A stretch of 47,267 bases of DNA from a bacterium. Its GTDB lineage: Bacteria; Gemmatimonadota; Gemmatimonadetes; Gemmatimonadales; Gemmatimonadaceae. A program made the position numbers and the translations under genes. Positions 9,654-18,097 of the stretch are shown here, in pieces (positions within the stretch are counted from its first letter, which is position 1; the number at the start of each line of letters is the position of its first letter). Below the pieces are notes generated by a model, which saw nothing but the letters and a program-made list of their open reading frames with translations, did no database searches and had not been told where the DNA came from. The stretch lies in contig JBDTYL010000265.1 of NCBI GenBank assembly GCA_040005695.1, positions 1-47,267 of the forward strand. The letters run 5' to 3'.

Positions 9654-10796
9654 TTACGGTCGCTCTCGCAGCGTGGTGAGCGTCATGGTCTGGTTGTGCA
9701 ACTCGCAGGGCGCGCCGTGCTCGGACGGCGCCAGCTCGCCGTAGGAGTAGAATCCTGCCATGCGCGCGGACGAACCGAACCGCTGACCCACCAGCGCCAG
9801 CTCTTCGTGCACACGCTGCTGAAGAAGAAGCTTCCGCCCGATGCAGCTCACGGCCAGCACCAGCGACGGCGAGCCGCTCGCGTCCACCATGATGCTGCGG
9901 TCCGCGGCACTTCCCGCGGCGCGGATGAGCGTGTCAAGGTCGGTGCGCATGAGCCGCGCCAACCACCCCTCCGGCACGTCGCCCGCAAACGTGACACTTC
10001 GCGCGGCTACATCGACGCCGAGGATCGTGCGGACGACTCCCTGTCGCCCCGTGGACTCCCGTACCCTGAGGGGAAACAGCAGGCCGCTCGCAGGCAGCGC
10101 GTACCCGAGTGGGCCGAGTAATTCCTTGTACAGATCGAGCGCCGGCCTGCCGTCCAACTCCAGGAGTTCGTTTCCGCGCGAGCGTGTGATCACGCGCTCT
10201 TGCCCAAAAGGCTGCCACCCGCCGTACGAGCCGATGCCGATGTCCAGCGAGTCGCCATACAGTCCCACCGCCACCACCCTCCCCTCGGTCGCGGTCCCGT
10301 CCAGCCCCACCGCTGTGCGACCGAAGTCTTCACCGTCGGCGGCAAGCCCGCCCGTGACCGGTACACCTGCAGGAAGCGCCCCCGCAACGCCGCGCGCCAG
10401 GGCGCTGCCGTTCACGCGGAGCCCTTCGGCAAAAATGAGGACGTGTCGGAGCCCGTCCTTCTTCAGCCGGTGCACCAGGGCAATGCCGGCGCGCTCGCTC
10501 TCGGCGGAATCGTGGAGTCGCTCCTCGACCGCCTGCACCCGCGCGTGCGCGAAGCCCACCGCTGTGGCGACGATCCCACCGTCCTCTACATGCGCACCGA
10601 GCACGTCGCCTCCGCTGGAGCACGACACGATGGCCGCATCCGGGTAGCGAGCTCGCAGGTACGAGTACGGAGCCGCACTCTGGAGGAGGTCGCGGTCGCC
10701 AAAGGCAAGGACCAGCTGAATGGACGCTGGATCGGCGTTGCCGCCGCCCGCCTCGGCCCACTTGCCGGTCGCAAACTGGAGCTGCTCGACGTGCAT
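9654..10796 (-). CDS. FIST-domain signal transduction protein
   Basis: 380 aa. The layout resembles FIST_N plus FIST_C, with a C-terminal GFYSYGELAP-type motif and no transmembrane segments. It lies 85 nt downstream of the histidine kinase on the same strand. Confidence 0.75.
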   Translation of the reverse strand: MHVEQLQFATGKWAEAGGGNADPASIQLVLAFGDRDLLQSAAPYSYLRARYPDAAIVSCSSGGDVLGAHVEDGGIVATAVGFAHARVQAVEERLHDSAESERAGIALVHRLKKDGLRHVLIFAEGLRVNGSALARGVAGALPAGVPVTGGLAADGEDFGRTAVGLDGTATEGRVVAVGLYGDSLDIGIGSYGGWQPFGQERVITRSRGNELLELDGRPALDLYKELLGPLGYALPASGLLFPLRVRESTGRQGVVRTILGVDVAARSVTFAGDVPEGWLARLMRTDLDTLIRAAGSAADRSIMVDASGSPSLVLAVSCIGRKLLLQQRVHEELALVGQRFGSSARMAGFYSYGELAPSEHGAPCELHNQTMTLTTLRERP

Positions 10797-10881
10797 GGTG
10801 TGGCGAAGGGAATGGCGCGAGTGTGACGAGTCGCAGGCAAGGCAATATCGGTTCCACCCACCATGCCGTTCCGGCGCTGCG

Positions 10882-12225
10882 TCAGGCGTTGCGGGCCACC
10901 GGCAACTCCAGGCAGAAACGGCTCCCGATTCCGGGCGTGCTGGTCGCGGTGAGGTTTCCGCCCATTCCGCGTGCGAGGTCCCGGCTGATGGCGAGGCCGA
11001 GGCCGCTGCCTTCGCTGCGCCCCGCCGGCGACACGTCCACCTGCACGAACGGCTCGAACACCTGCGCGAGGCGGTCGGCGGGAATGCCGAGGCCAGTGTC
11101 TTCGACGATCAGTTGCACGCGATCATGTGACCCCGGATCCTCGCTCCCGACCACGCGCAGATGGCCGCCGGGTGGCGTGAACTTCACCGCGTTGGACAGC
11201 AGGTTCAGGAGCACCTGCTCCGCCTTGGGTGGGTCGGCCATCGCGCACAGCGACGCAGGCACGTCCACGGTGAGTGACAGGCGGCGGGCGGCCGCCTGTG
11301 GCTCGATCATCGGGAGCACGGCAGCCACCACGTCCTTGAGGCGCACTGGGCGCAGCTCGTATTCCACGCCGCGGGCCTCGATGCGCGCAAGGTTCAGCAC
11401 CTCGTTGATCAGGCGCAGGAGGTGCCGCTGGCTCCGCGTCACCTTCTCCAGCGCTTCGAGCTGCGCAGGCGCCAGTGGTCCGTGGATCCCCATCTCGAGC
11501 AGCTGCACATATCCGCCGATGGCATTGAGCGGGGTGCGCAACTCGTGCGACATCGCCGCCAGGAAATCCCCCTTGGCGCGCGTTGCCTCCTCGGCCACCT
11601 TGCGCTGTCGTTCGAGTTCCTCCGCGTGCTCCGTGAGCGTGTCGTTCAGGACTTGCAGTTCCTCCGCCTGCATCTCCAGCTCCTCGGCTTGCCGGCTGAG
11701 CTGCTCCGTGCTCAACTCGAGGCGGATGGCCTGCGCTCGGAGGAGCTCGTTCGCGGCGAGCAGTTCGTCGCGGCGCTTTTCCGCCTCGGCGCGCGCTCCC
11801 TCGGCCTCCTTCTTCGCGCGCAGCAGCGCGTCCTCGAACTTCGGGCGCTCGCGCACGTGCATCAACACGCACTCGGTGGCCCACACACCGTCACGCTCAC
11901 GTCGTACGGCGTTCAGCAAGGCGCCCACCTCCTCGCCGTCGGCGGCCCGCAAGGCGAGGAAGATCTCGTCGGCGCGCCCGTGCAGCCGCAGCAGTGGAAA
12001 CAGGTGCGTCTGGTAGAAGATCCGGCTGCCCACCGTGAGCACGGAATCGAAGTGCCGTCCCACGACCGCCTCGCGTGCCCTGCCGAGCATGGACAGCAAC
12101 GTGGCGTTGGCGTGGCGCACCGTGCCGTCGTCGGCGAAGACGACGAATCCGCAGGGCGCGTCCTCCAGCAGTGCGTCCGCAGTGGCCAGCGCCGGCGGCC
12201 GGAGCGGATTGTCCGCCGCCGTCAA
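10882..12225 (-). CDS. cytoplasmic PAS / coiled-coil sensor histidine kinase
   Basis: This is the C-terminal 447 codons of ORF 10882..12969. It has a PAS-like N-terminus, a long coiled coil, an H-box (FLAAMSHELRTPLNAI) and N/G boxes (LLNLLSNAVKFT, DTGLGI, GSGLGLAIS). I place the start at TTG 12225, which overlaps the RsbQ-like stop (TTGA). The next in-frame ATG would cut into the PAS domain. Confidence 0.85.
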   Translation of the reverse strand: MTAADNPLRPPALATADALLEDAPCGFVVFADDGTVRHANATLLSMLGRAREAVVGRHFDSVLTVGSRIFYQTHLFPLLRLHGRADEIFLALRAADGEEVGALLNAVRRERDGVWATECVLMHVRERPKFEDALLRAKKEAEGARAEAEKRRDELLAANELLRAQAIRLELSTEQLSRQAEELEMQAEELQVLNDTLTEHAEELERQRKVAEEATRAKGDFLAAMSHELRTPLNAIGGYVQLLEMGIHGPLAPAQLEALEKVTRSQRHLLRLINEVLNLARIEARGVEYELRPVRLKDVVAAVLPMIEPQAAARRLSLTVDVPASLCAMADPPKAEQVLLNLLSNAVKFTPPGGHLRVVGSEDPGSHDRVQLIVEDTGLGIPADRLAQVFEPFVQVDVSPAGRSEGSGLGLAISRDLARGMGGNLTATSTPGIGSRFCLELPVARNA

Positions 12226-13067
12226 TCGTCGGCGCCGGAGGGCCTCGCGGCGCCGAGGTAGTCGCGGATGGCCGCGATGGTCTGTTCCGGGTGGCTCATG
12301 TGCGGGCAATGCCCGGTCACGTCGAGCAGGCGGTAGGTGCTGTGGGGCATCGCGTCGCGCAGGTACTCGCCGACGGACTGTGGAGCGATGGCGTCGTCGG
12401 CGGACTGCACGATGAGCGACGGCACGGACACACTGTGCACATCCGCGCGATTGTCGGCAAAGAACGTGGCCTCGGCGAACTGCCGGGCGATTACCGGGTC
12501 GGTCGAGCAGAAGCTCGCCTCGAGCTCGGTGCCCAGTTCGGGGCGCTCGCCGTTCTTCATCACCACGGGCGCGAGGAAGTTGGCCCAGCCGATGTAGTTG
12601 CGCTCCATCATGTCCAGCAGGCCCCGCAGTTCCTCCTGCTCGAAGCCTCCCACGTATCCGCTCGCTGTATCGTTCACGTAGCGCGCGGAGGGTCCGAGCA
12701 TCACGAGCTGCGCGAATCGCGCGGGCTCGCGGTTGGCGGCGAGCACGCCCACCATCCCGCTCACGGAGTGCGCCACGAACACCACGTCGTGCAGGTCGAG
12801 CGCGGCGCACACGTCCAGCACGTCCTGCGCGTAGCCATCCAGTGTCGCATAGCGCTCGGCGTCGTAGGCGCCGCGGTTCGAGTCGCTGGCGCCGACGTAG
12901 TCGAACGTCACTACGCGATAGTCCGGCTCGAACGCCGGCGCGACGAAGCGCCACATGTGCTGGTCGCACCCGAATCCGTGCGCGAAGAGCATCGGCTGGG
13001 TGCCCCGGCCGGTGACCTTCACGTTGTTCCGTGCGCGTACGTCACCCGCCCCGGCAGCGTCGCTCAT
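12222..13067 (-). CDS. RsbQ / D14 / KAI2-like alpha/beta hydrolase
   Basis: 281 aa from ATG 13067. It has the nucleophile elbow AHSVSGMVG, the acid SADDAIAP and the histidine motif GHCPHMSHP, in the order seen in RsbQ and plant D14/KAI2. The start overlaps the stop of the upstream PAS gene (ATGA). Confidence 0.85.
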   Translation of the reverse strand: MSDAAGAGDVRARNNVKVTGRGTQPMLFAHGFGCDQHMWRFVAPAFEPDYRVVTFDYVGASDSNRGAYDAERYATLDGYAQDVLDVCAALDLHDVVFVAHSVSGMVGVLAANREPARFAQLVMLGPSARYVNDTASGYVGGFEQEELRGLLDMMERNYIGWANFLAPVVMKNGERPELGTELEASFCSTDPVIARQFAEATFFADNRADVHSVSVPSLIVQSADDAIAPQSVGEYLRDAMPHSTYRLLDVTGHCPHMSHPEQTIAAIRDYLGAARPSGADD

Positions 13068-13825
13068 TGCAGGGACTGCGCGCTGGCGCCCGCGGCCGGC
13101 TCGCGCCAGGTCGTCGCAAGATGGGTGGTTTCCACCGCGGTCTGGATCGTCCCCTCGATTTCGCCGCCCGTGCTCCGCAGCGGCAGGTACGTCAGGTCGA
13201 ACGTACCCGTGTACGCCTGGCCGTCGCCATTGCGGTCGTACGTGACGACCAGGTCGCGCATGGTCACCGGCTCGCCGGTCTCGAACACCTTGTCCATGAC
13301 GTCGAAGATCGCGGGATCCACCTCGGGCAGCACACTCCGCGCCGTGAGCCCCTCCAGGTTGCGACCGCCCACGAGGGCGCGTGCAGCCGTGTTCGACAGC
13401 TCGAACCGGTGGTCGGCGCCGCGAGTGATCGTGATCGCCACCGGCACGTCCATCAGGATCTGTCGCAGCGACTCCCGCACCGCATCGCTCTGCATGGCGC
13501 GCGCGCGGTTGGTCACGTCCTCGAAGAAGACATATCGCAGGTCGGGACCGTCCGACACGCACCAGATCTCGAACCAGTTGTAAAGCGACGGTGAGAAGAA
13601 CTCGCTGCGCCGCTCGATCGTCGCCGACTCGGCGGCCTTGATTTCGTGCGCCGCGTTGGTGTCGCGCAACCCGGGGATGGCATCCCACAGGGGTTTGCCC
13701 ACGATCTCGCCCGAGTGGCGCCGGAGCAGGGTGGATGCGCGCGGATTGGCCGTACGGACGATCCAATCCGCATCGACGGAGAGAAAACCAGCAACGATAT
13801 GGCGAGTAATGAGGTCGACGTTCAT
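13064..13825 (-). CDS. stand-alone tandem PAS-domain protein
   Basis: 253 aa. It contains two PAS-like modules (IVGKPLWDAIPG ... YVFFEDVTNRA, then ITITRG ... TGEPV ... FDLTYLPL) and no output domain. It is the first gene of the PAS-hydrolase-kinase-FIST string. Confidence 0.75.
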   Translation of the reverse strand: MNVDLITRHIVAGFLSVDADWIVRTANPRASTLLRRHSGEIVGKPLWDAIPGLRDTNAAHEIKAAESATIERRSEFFSPSLYNWFEIWCVSDGPDLRYVFFEDVTNRARAMQSDAVRESLRQILMDVPVAITITRGADHRFELSNTAARALVGGRNLEGLTARSVLPEVDPAIFDVMDKVFETGEPVTMRDLVVTYDRNGDGQAYTGTFDLTYLPLRSTGGEIEGTIQTAVETTHLATTWREPAAGASAQSLQ

Positions 13826-13954
13826 GTGCAGGGCGTATGGTCCATATCACGGAAAGCGAGGGACGTGCGCCTTCTCGCTCGTTGACATCCCACGCAAGTC
13901 TAATCGCACTCACGCACTCCCCCGCCGACCGCCGGCCCCGTGAGCTCGCGCGCG

Positions 13955-14380
13955 TCAGCGCGTCGGGCAGGCGCTCACCGCGCGGGTCCTTTCCGCCGGC
14001 ATCCAGATGGCGAGGCCGCTTGCCCGCGAGGTCGCGGTGTGCGCTCCGACTGCCTCACCCAGCACGTTGACGCCGGTCTTGTTCTCGCGCACCGGATTGG
14101 CGATGAGGCCGTTCGCGCCCACCTCGGCCGCCTTGTCCTGCATCTTGCTGCGCATCTGTCCGTCGGTGGTCCACACCGAGTTCCCCTCCACGTCGATCCA
14201 GGCGAGCTCGTAATAGCTGCTGGGGACTTCGCTGCGGCTGTCGAACACGGTGACCGCGTTGGCGCAGGTCGGCACGCGCGAGTAGCCGGGACTCACGTCG
14301 GTGGTGGTGCTCTTGACGTGACATGCCGAGCTCGCGAGGAGCAGTGCACCGGTCATGATGGAAAGCGACTTGAACTGCAT
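13955..14380 (-). CDS. hypothetical lipoprotein
   Basis: 141 aa. It has a signal peptide with a lipobox (LLASSAC) and a GGAGG about 7 nt upstream of the ATG. No family recognised. Confidence 0.6.
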   Translation of the reverse strand: MQFKSLSIMTGALLLASSACHVKSTTTDVSPGYSRVPTCANAVTVFDSRSEVPSSYYELAWIDVEGNSVWTTDGQMRSKMQDKAAEVGANGLIANPVRENKTGVNVLGEAVGAHTATSRASGLAIWMPAERTRAVSACPTR

Positions 14381-14585
14381 GACTATACCTCCGGATAATG
14401 GACGGGTATGAGCCGCTGACTTTGCAATGATGGGGCCCGTCGCACCGACCTCGGCCGCGCTGGGCGCGACCTCTCCACAAGCTGAGCCGGTCGGGCGTCG
14501 TTCCGCGCGTTAGGTGATGAGGCCCCGAGCACCCGGCGACCGTCGGAGCGGCGAGATGGCCTCCCACCTCCTACCGGAGCCGATC

Positions 14586-15092
14586 ATGCCTTCCGCCACC
14601 CGCTTCTCAGTTCCCGCGCTCGTCGCGCTGTCCCTCCTCGGCGCGCCGGCACGCGCGCAGGACGTGCTGCAAGGTTCGTCGACCGATCGCGTCGATTCGG
14701 GCGCGGTGCTCCGGGTGACGAAGCGCGACGGCGCGGTCGTGAAGGGCACGCTTGTCAACTGGAATGCCGCGGGCGTTACGCTGGCCGGTCGGGAGGGGAA
14801 CGGAACGAGTCCTTCCTTGTTCCGCCTCACCGACCTGAAGGCAGTGGAGGTGCGCTCCGTCTCCCGCCGGACGTGGGAGGGTGTCCTGGCCGGTCTCGCC
14901 ACCGGCGTGGCCGTCGGGATCGCGGGGGCGGTCTACGGCTGCATACAGCAAGGGGGTAAAGAGAACTTCTGTCCCCTGGGCTTCATGTTCGCCCCACCGT
15001 TCTTCGGCGCGATCGGAGCGGTCGCAGGCGCCGGTGTCGGCACGATGATGCACAGCGAGTCCTGGCAGCCCGTGCAGCTCGCGCCGCAGTGA
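14586..15092 (+). CDS. hypothetical exported protein with a C-terminal glycine-zipper membrane segment
   Basis: Taken from ATG 14586 of ORF 14514..15092. It has a signal peptide ending APARAQ, a small beta-rich domain, then Gly-rich hydrophobic stretches (GLATGVAVGIAGAV, FFGAIGAVAGAGVG). A GGAG lies 8 nt upstream. Confidence 0.55.
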   Translation: MPSATRFSVPALVALSLLGAPARAQDVLQGSSTDRVDSGAVLRVTKRDGAVVKGTLVNWNAAGVTLAGREGNGTSPSLFRLTDLKAVEVRSVSRRTWEGVLAGLATGVAVGIAGAVYGCIQQGGKENFCPLGFMFAPPFFGAIGAVAGAGVGTMMHSESWQPVQLAPQ

Positions 15093-15229
15093 GCATCAGC
15101 GCGGCCTACGGCCGACACGGACGATCGAACGCCGGCGCGCGAAGCGGGCGCGCCGGCTCCACAGCGAGCTGGCCATGCGGGCGGAAGCCGAGGAGCTTCT
15201 TGACATCGACTCGTGAAGCGCTCAATGAG

Positions 15230-15302
15230 CTGGGGCGGGAGGACTCGAACCTCCAACTTCCTGATTAACAGTCAGGCGGTCTGCCAGTTGACCTACACCC
15301 CA
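15230..15302 (-). tRNA. tRNA-Asn (anticodon GUU), CCA not encoded
   Basis: Hand-folded cloverleaf of 73 nt:
- acceptor UGGGGUG/CGCCCCA
- D arm GGUC-AACUGGCA-GACC
- anticodon arm CCUGA-CUGUUAA-UCAGG
- variable loop AAGUU
- T arm GGAGG-UUCGAGU-CCUCC
- discriminator G. Confidence 0.85.
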
Positions 15303-15309
15303 TCAAGCG

Positions 15310-15341
15310 AAAACGCCCGCCAGGCATCGAGCCGGCGGGCG
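15310..15341 (-). terminator. intrinsic terminator-like hairpin plus U-tract, 7 nt upstream of tRNA-Asn
   Basis: The minus-strand RNA reads CGCCCGCCGGC-UCGAU-GCCUGGCGGGCG followed by UUUUCGCUU. That is an 11-bp GC stem with one bulge and then a U run. Confidence 0.55.
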
Positions 15342-15371
15342 CATGGAACGTCGTGGTGCGAGACGCGTGCG

Positions 15372-15434
15372 CTACCCAGCTCTCCCGAGAGTGGCGGGAT
15401 TATTTGCAGGATTGTTCGTGCGCGCATTCGTCAT
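15372..15434 (-). CDS. candidate 20-codon Asn-rich mini-ORF (MTNARTNNPANNPATLGRAG), possible leader peptide
   Basis: ATG at 15434, TAG at 15374-15372. Five of 20 codons are Asn, four of them AAT, in a genome with very high GC3. The ATG lies 7 nt after a -10-like hexamer, so the mRNA would be leaderless or nearly so. No SD sequence. Speculative. Confidence 0.3.
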   Translation of the reverse strand: MTNARTNNPANNPATLGRAG

Positions 15435-15441
15435 GTGAGGC

Positions 15442-15470
15442 AGTCTAGTCTCGTTTGCCGCTGCCGTCAA
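15442..15470 (-). promoter_or_regulatory. sigma70-like promoter (TTGACG - 17 nt - TAGACT)
   Basis: On the minus strand, the -35 TTGACG is at 15470-15465 and the -10 TAGACT is at 15447-15442, with exactly 17 nt between them. It sits in a locally AT-rich patch with an upstream A/T tract (TTGATTTTTG). Confidence 0.4.
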
Positions 15471-15516
15471 CAAAAATCAACCGAGTGCGAGCCCGCAGCG
15501 ACGTGCCGACGCGCGA

Positions 15517-16623
15517 TCACCGCTGGATGCGCGCCGACCCGCCCTTTGCGAACGACTCCACCTGCTCGACCGTGGCCATGCTCGTGTCGCCCGGGAAAGT
15601 CGTGAGCAGCGCGCCATGCGCCCAACCGAGATTCACCGCCTCCTGTGGACTCGCGCCGGTGATCAGCCCATAGAAAAACCCCGACGCAAAGCCATCGCCG
15701 CCGCCCACGCGGTCGATGACGTTGAGGTCGCATGTTGGCGACACGTACGTCTTCCCGTCGATCCACGCGACAGCGCCCCAGCTGTGGTGGCTGGTCGAGT
15801 GCACGTCGCGCAGCGTCGTCGCCACCACCTTCACGCGCGGAAAATTCTCCACCACCTGGTCGATCATGCCGAAAAATGCGCTCGGGTCGAGCTTGTGCTC
15901 CGCCGCCACCTCGGGACCCGGAATCCCGAGGCCGAGCTGCAGGTCCTCCTCGTTGCCGACGAGCACATCCACGTGCTCCACGATGCGGCCGAGCACGGAC
16001 TGCGCCGTCGCGCCGCCGCCCCAGATGTTCCAGAGCTTCGCGCGATAGTTCAGGTCGAAGGACGTCACCGCACCTGCGGCGTGCGCTGCCTGCATCGCCT
16101 CGACAATGAGTTCTCCCGTGGTGTCGGACAGCGACGCGAAGATGCCGCCGCTGTGGAACCACTTCACGCCGCGCGAAAAGATGTCCGTCCAGTCGAAGTC
16201 GCCCGGCTTGAGCATCGCAGCCGCCTCGTTGGCGCGGTTGTAGAACACCACCGGCGCGCGCACGCCGTGACCGCGATCGCTGTACACCGTGCCCATGTTC
16301 GGACCATTCACGCCGTTGTGCCTGAACCGCTTGTAAAAAGGCTTCACTCCCATCGCCCGCACCCGCTCCGCAATCAGGTCGCCGATGGGATAGTCCACCA
16401 TCGCGGTGACCACGCCGGTCTCGAGTCGAAACGCGTCGGACAGGTTCGCCGCGCAATTGAACTCGCCTCCGCTCACGTGAATCGAGCACTCCGTCGCCTT
16501 GCGGAACGGGATGAGCCCGGGGTCGAGGCGGTGAATGATGGCGCCGAGGGAAACGAAATCGAGCGCTGCGTCGGTGCGCAGCGTGAGACCGTGGGTCACG
16601 AGTGTGCCTCGTCCGGGGTTCAT
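15517..16623 (-). CDS. PfkB/ribokinase-family sugar kinase (2-keto-3-deoxygluconate kinase-like)
   Basis: This is the part of ORF 15517..17115 from ATG 16623 (368 aa). It has the PfkB C-terminal motif DRVGGGDGFASGF and NxxE-like regions. The start overlaps the pectinesterase stop (ATGA). Confidence 0.85.
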   Translation of the reverse strand: MNPGRGTLVTHGLTLRTDAALDFVSLGAIIHRLDPGLIPFRKATECSIHVSGGEFNCAANLSDAFRLETGVVTAMVDYPIGDLIAERVRAMGVKPFYKRFRHNGVNGPNMGTVYSDRGHGVRAPVVFYNRANEAAAMLKPGDFDWTDIFSRGVKWFHSGGIFASLSDTTGELIVEAMQAAHAAGAVTSFDLNYRAKLWNIWGGGATAQSVLGRIVEHVDVLVGNEEDLQLGLGIPGPEVAAEHKLDPSAFFGMIDQVVENFPRVKVVATTLRDVHSTSHHSWGAVAWIDGKTYVSPTCDLNVIDRVGGGDGFASGFFYGLITGASPQEAVNLGWAHGALLTTFPGDTSMATVEQVESFAKGGSARIQR

Positions 16624-17681
16624 GGTTTCCAGCCTCCGAGGACCTCCCGGACGTTGTAGGCCAGCGCCTCGGCGTCGTTGAGCTGGCGGCGCGCCGGGTT
16701 CTTCACCGCGCCCACGCCGTGGTCGTTGTACTCGAAGAACCGCGCCGTTTCCGGACCAAAGCCACCCATTTGCGCCCAGGCCTCGGCGGTGATGTGGTCG
16801 TCGAGGTTGTTGTCGATGAACACCGCACTGGGATTCACCTCCGGGTTGGACGAGGGGTGCCAGGGACGTCCCAGCGCGACGGTGTTGGGCTTCACGCGCT
16901 CCGACTCGCGCCCGATGCGGCTGCCCACCACGAGAAAGCCGTAGCGCTGGAGCGGCGGCGTGCTCGGCGCCGTGATGAAGCCCGGCCCGCGCGAGATGAT
17001 GTCGCAGTCGTCGAACACGGCGACTCCGCCGCCGAAGATGAAATCCGTCTGGCCGAGGATGATGCAGTCGTGGAAGTACGCGCGTCCGGCGTTTGCGTAG
17101 AGTGTGTCCTGCCACCCGGCGATCACGCAGTCCTCGAACGCCGCGCGGTCGCTCCCCCGCTCGAGGTGCAGCGCCACCGCCTGGCTGTTCTTCGCCCGCG
17201 TGGGGTCCGTGAGCGACTTCGCGGCATTGGCGCGATAGTCGAAGGCATTCTCGATCGTGAGGTGCTCGGCGCGAAAATCGGGCGCGCTCACCTGGAGCGT
17301 AAAGCTGCCCTTCGTGCCGTACGTGCCGCCCTCGGGCTGGGGCGTGTCGGCGTGTGCGTCAAAGGTGAGCACCGACGCGTCGCGGCTCTCGCCGCGCAGC
17401 GTGATGTTCGCCTTGTCCACACGCAGCTTCTCGTGGTACCGGCCCTTCCGGATCAGGATGACGAAGGGGCTCGGCGATGCATCGGGTGCGGCCGTCAGCG
17501 CGGCGGCCACGGTGTGGAAGGTAGGACTGCCCGCGACGACGTCGCCGTCGCGTCCGGTGAAGCGTACGTCCACCACGGCGCCGTAGCGCGCCGGCACAGG
17601 CGGAGCAAGGACGGGTGGGGGCGCGGTGCACGACGTTGCCGCGACGAGCGCCGTCGCAATGCCGACCATTCCGCGGTGCAT
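16620..17681 (-). CDS. pectinesterase (CE8) lipoprotein
   Basis: Pectin methylesterase motifs are present: GWQDTLYA, GQTDFIFGG, LGRPWH. I set the start at ATG 17681 because MHRGMVGIATALVAATSC is a lipoprotein signal. The 108 in-frame codons upstream have low GC3 and no signal peptide. Confidence 0.85.
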   Translation of the reverse strand: MHRGMVGIATALVAATSCTAPPPVLAPPVPARYGAVVDVRFTGRDGDVVAGSPTFHTVAAALTAAPDASPSPFVILIRKGRYHEKLRVDKANITLRGESRDASVLTFDAHADTPQPEGGTYGTKGSFTLQVSAPDFRAEHLTIENAFDYRANAAKSLTDPTRAKNSQAVALHLERGSDRAAFEDCVIAGWQDTLYANAGRAYFHDCIILGQTDFIFGGGVAVFDDCDIISRGPGFITAPSTPPLQRYGFLVVGSRIGRESERVKPNTVALGRPWHPSSNPEVNPSAVFIDNNLDDHITAEAWAQMGGFGPETARFFEYNDHGVGAVKNPARRQLNDAEALAYNVREVLGGWKP

Positions 17682-18097
17682 CCTCGCGACTTGCTTCACT
17701 TCACCTCCATCAATGTTTCGGAAGCCACCGCGCGAGCACCTGCTCGGGCATGGCCGTGTGTCGGCGAATTGAGCGCCTTGCGCGTGGAAATCGACACCGC
17801 GCTCGGACTGTTGTTCCCTGCTCGAAGCATCGTACGTCCCAAGGCTCGCACGAAGTGCGGGTGCAGTCGAGTCTCCTGCAGCGGTGAGGGCAGCCTGCAG
17901 CGTACCACATGCAGGCAACACCACCGGCTCGCCGGTGTCATCGTATGCTCGAAGCTGAAGCAATGCCGCCTTCCTCCGGACGGTGTCGACCTTGACGGGT
18001 GTCATCGATGTATACTAAGTTGAGAACAGAACTTGGTGACGGAACTCACCACGGCAGGATCGGGTACCCTTAACTTCCTGATCTGGAACGAGGATAT

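Noticed and set aside
12226-12969. N-terminal extensions of several track ORFs: 10882..12969, 12222..13913, 15517..17115, 26471..28069, 27502..30726, 35090..37174, 36895..38817 and 44005..47025.
   Set aside because: The extensions overlap the upstream gene in another frame and translate to Arg/Pro-rich junk. Internal starts give 4-nt start/stop overlaps (ATGA, GTGA, TTGA) or proper SD sequences, and give native-looking N-termini.
15129-15155. A GC hairpin (GCCGGCGCG...CGCGCCGGC) between the exported-protein gene and tRNA-Asn, considered as a bidirectional terminator.
   Set aside because: It has a strong 10-bp stem but no U-tract on either strand. It is plausible as a transcript-end structure, but I did not list it as a feature because it lacks the intrinsic-terminator signature.
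15342-15420. A tRNA-like string (GGGAGAGCTGGGTAGCGC on the minus strand) upstream of tRNA-Asn. It could be a second tRNA or a duplicated att-site fragment.
   Set aside because: I could not build a cloverleaf. There is no 7-nt anticodon loop with a 5-bp stem and no GTTCGA-type T loop, since the hairpin loop is UCGAU. It has no similarity to the adjacent tRNA-Asn, so it is not an integration-site duplicate. I treat the segment as part of the mini-ORF and leader instead.
17682-18005. A 108-codon in-frame extension upstream of the pectinesterase signal peptide. It could be a longer protein or a separate small gene.
   Set aside because: By hand count its GC3 is only about 60%, against about 90% in neighbouring genes. 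There is no SD sequence at ATG 18005. The extension would also bury an obvious lipoprotein signal (MHRGMVGIATALVAATSC) in the middle of the protein. It is probably a 5' UTR or intergenic sequence.
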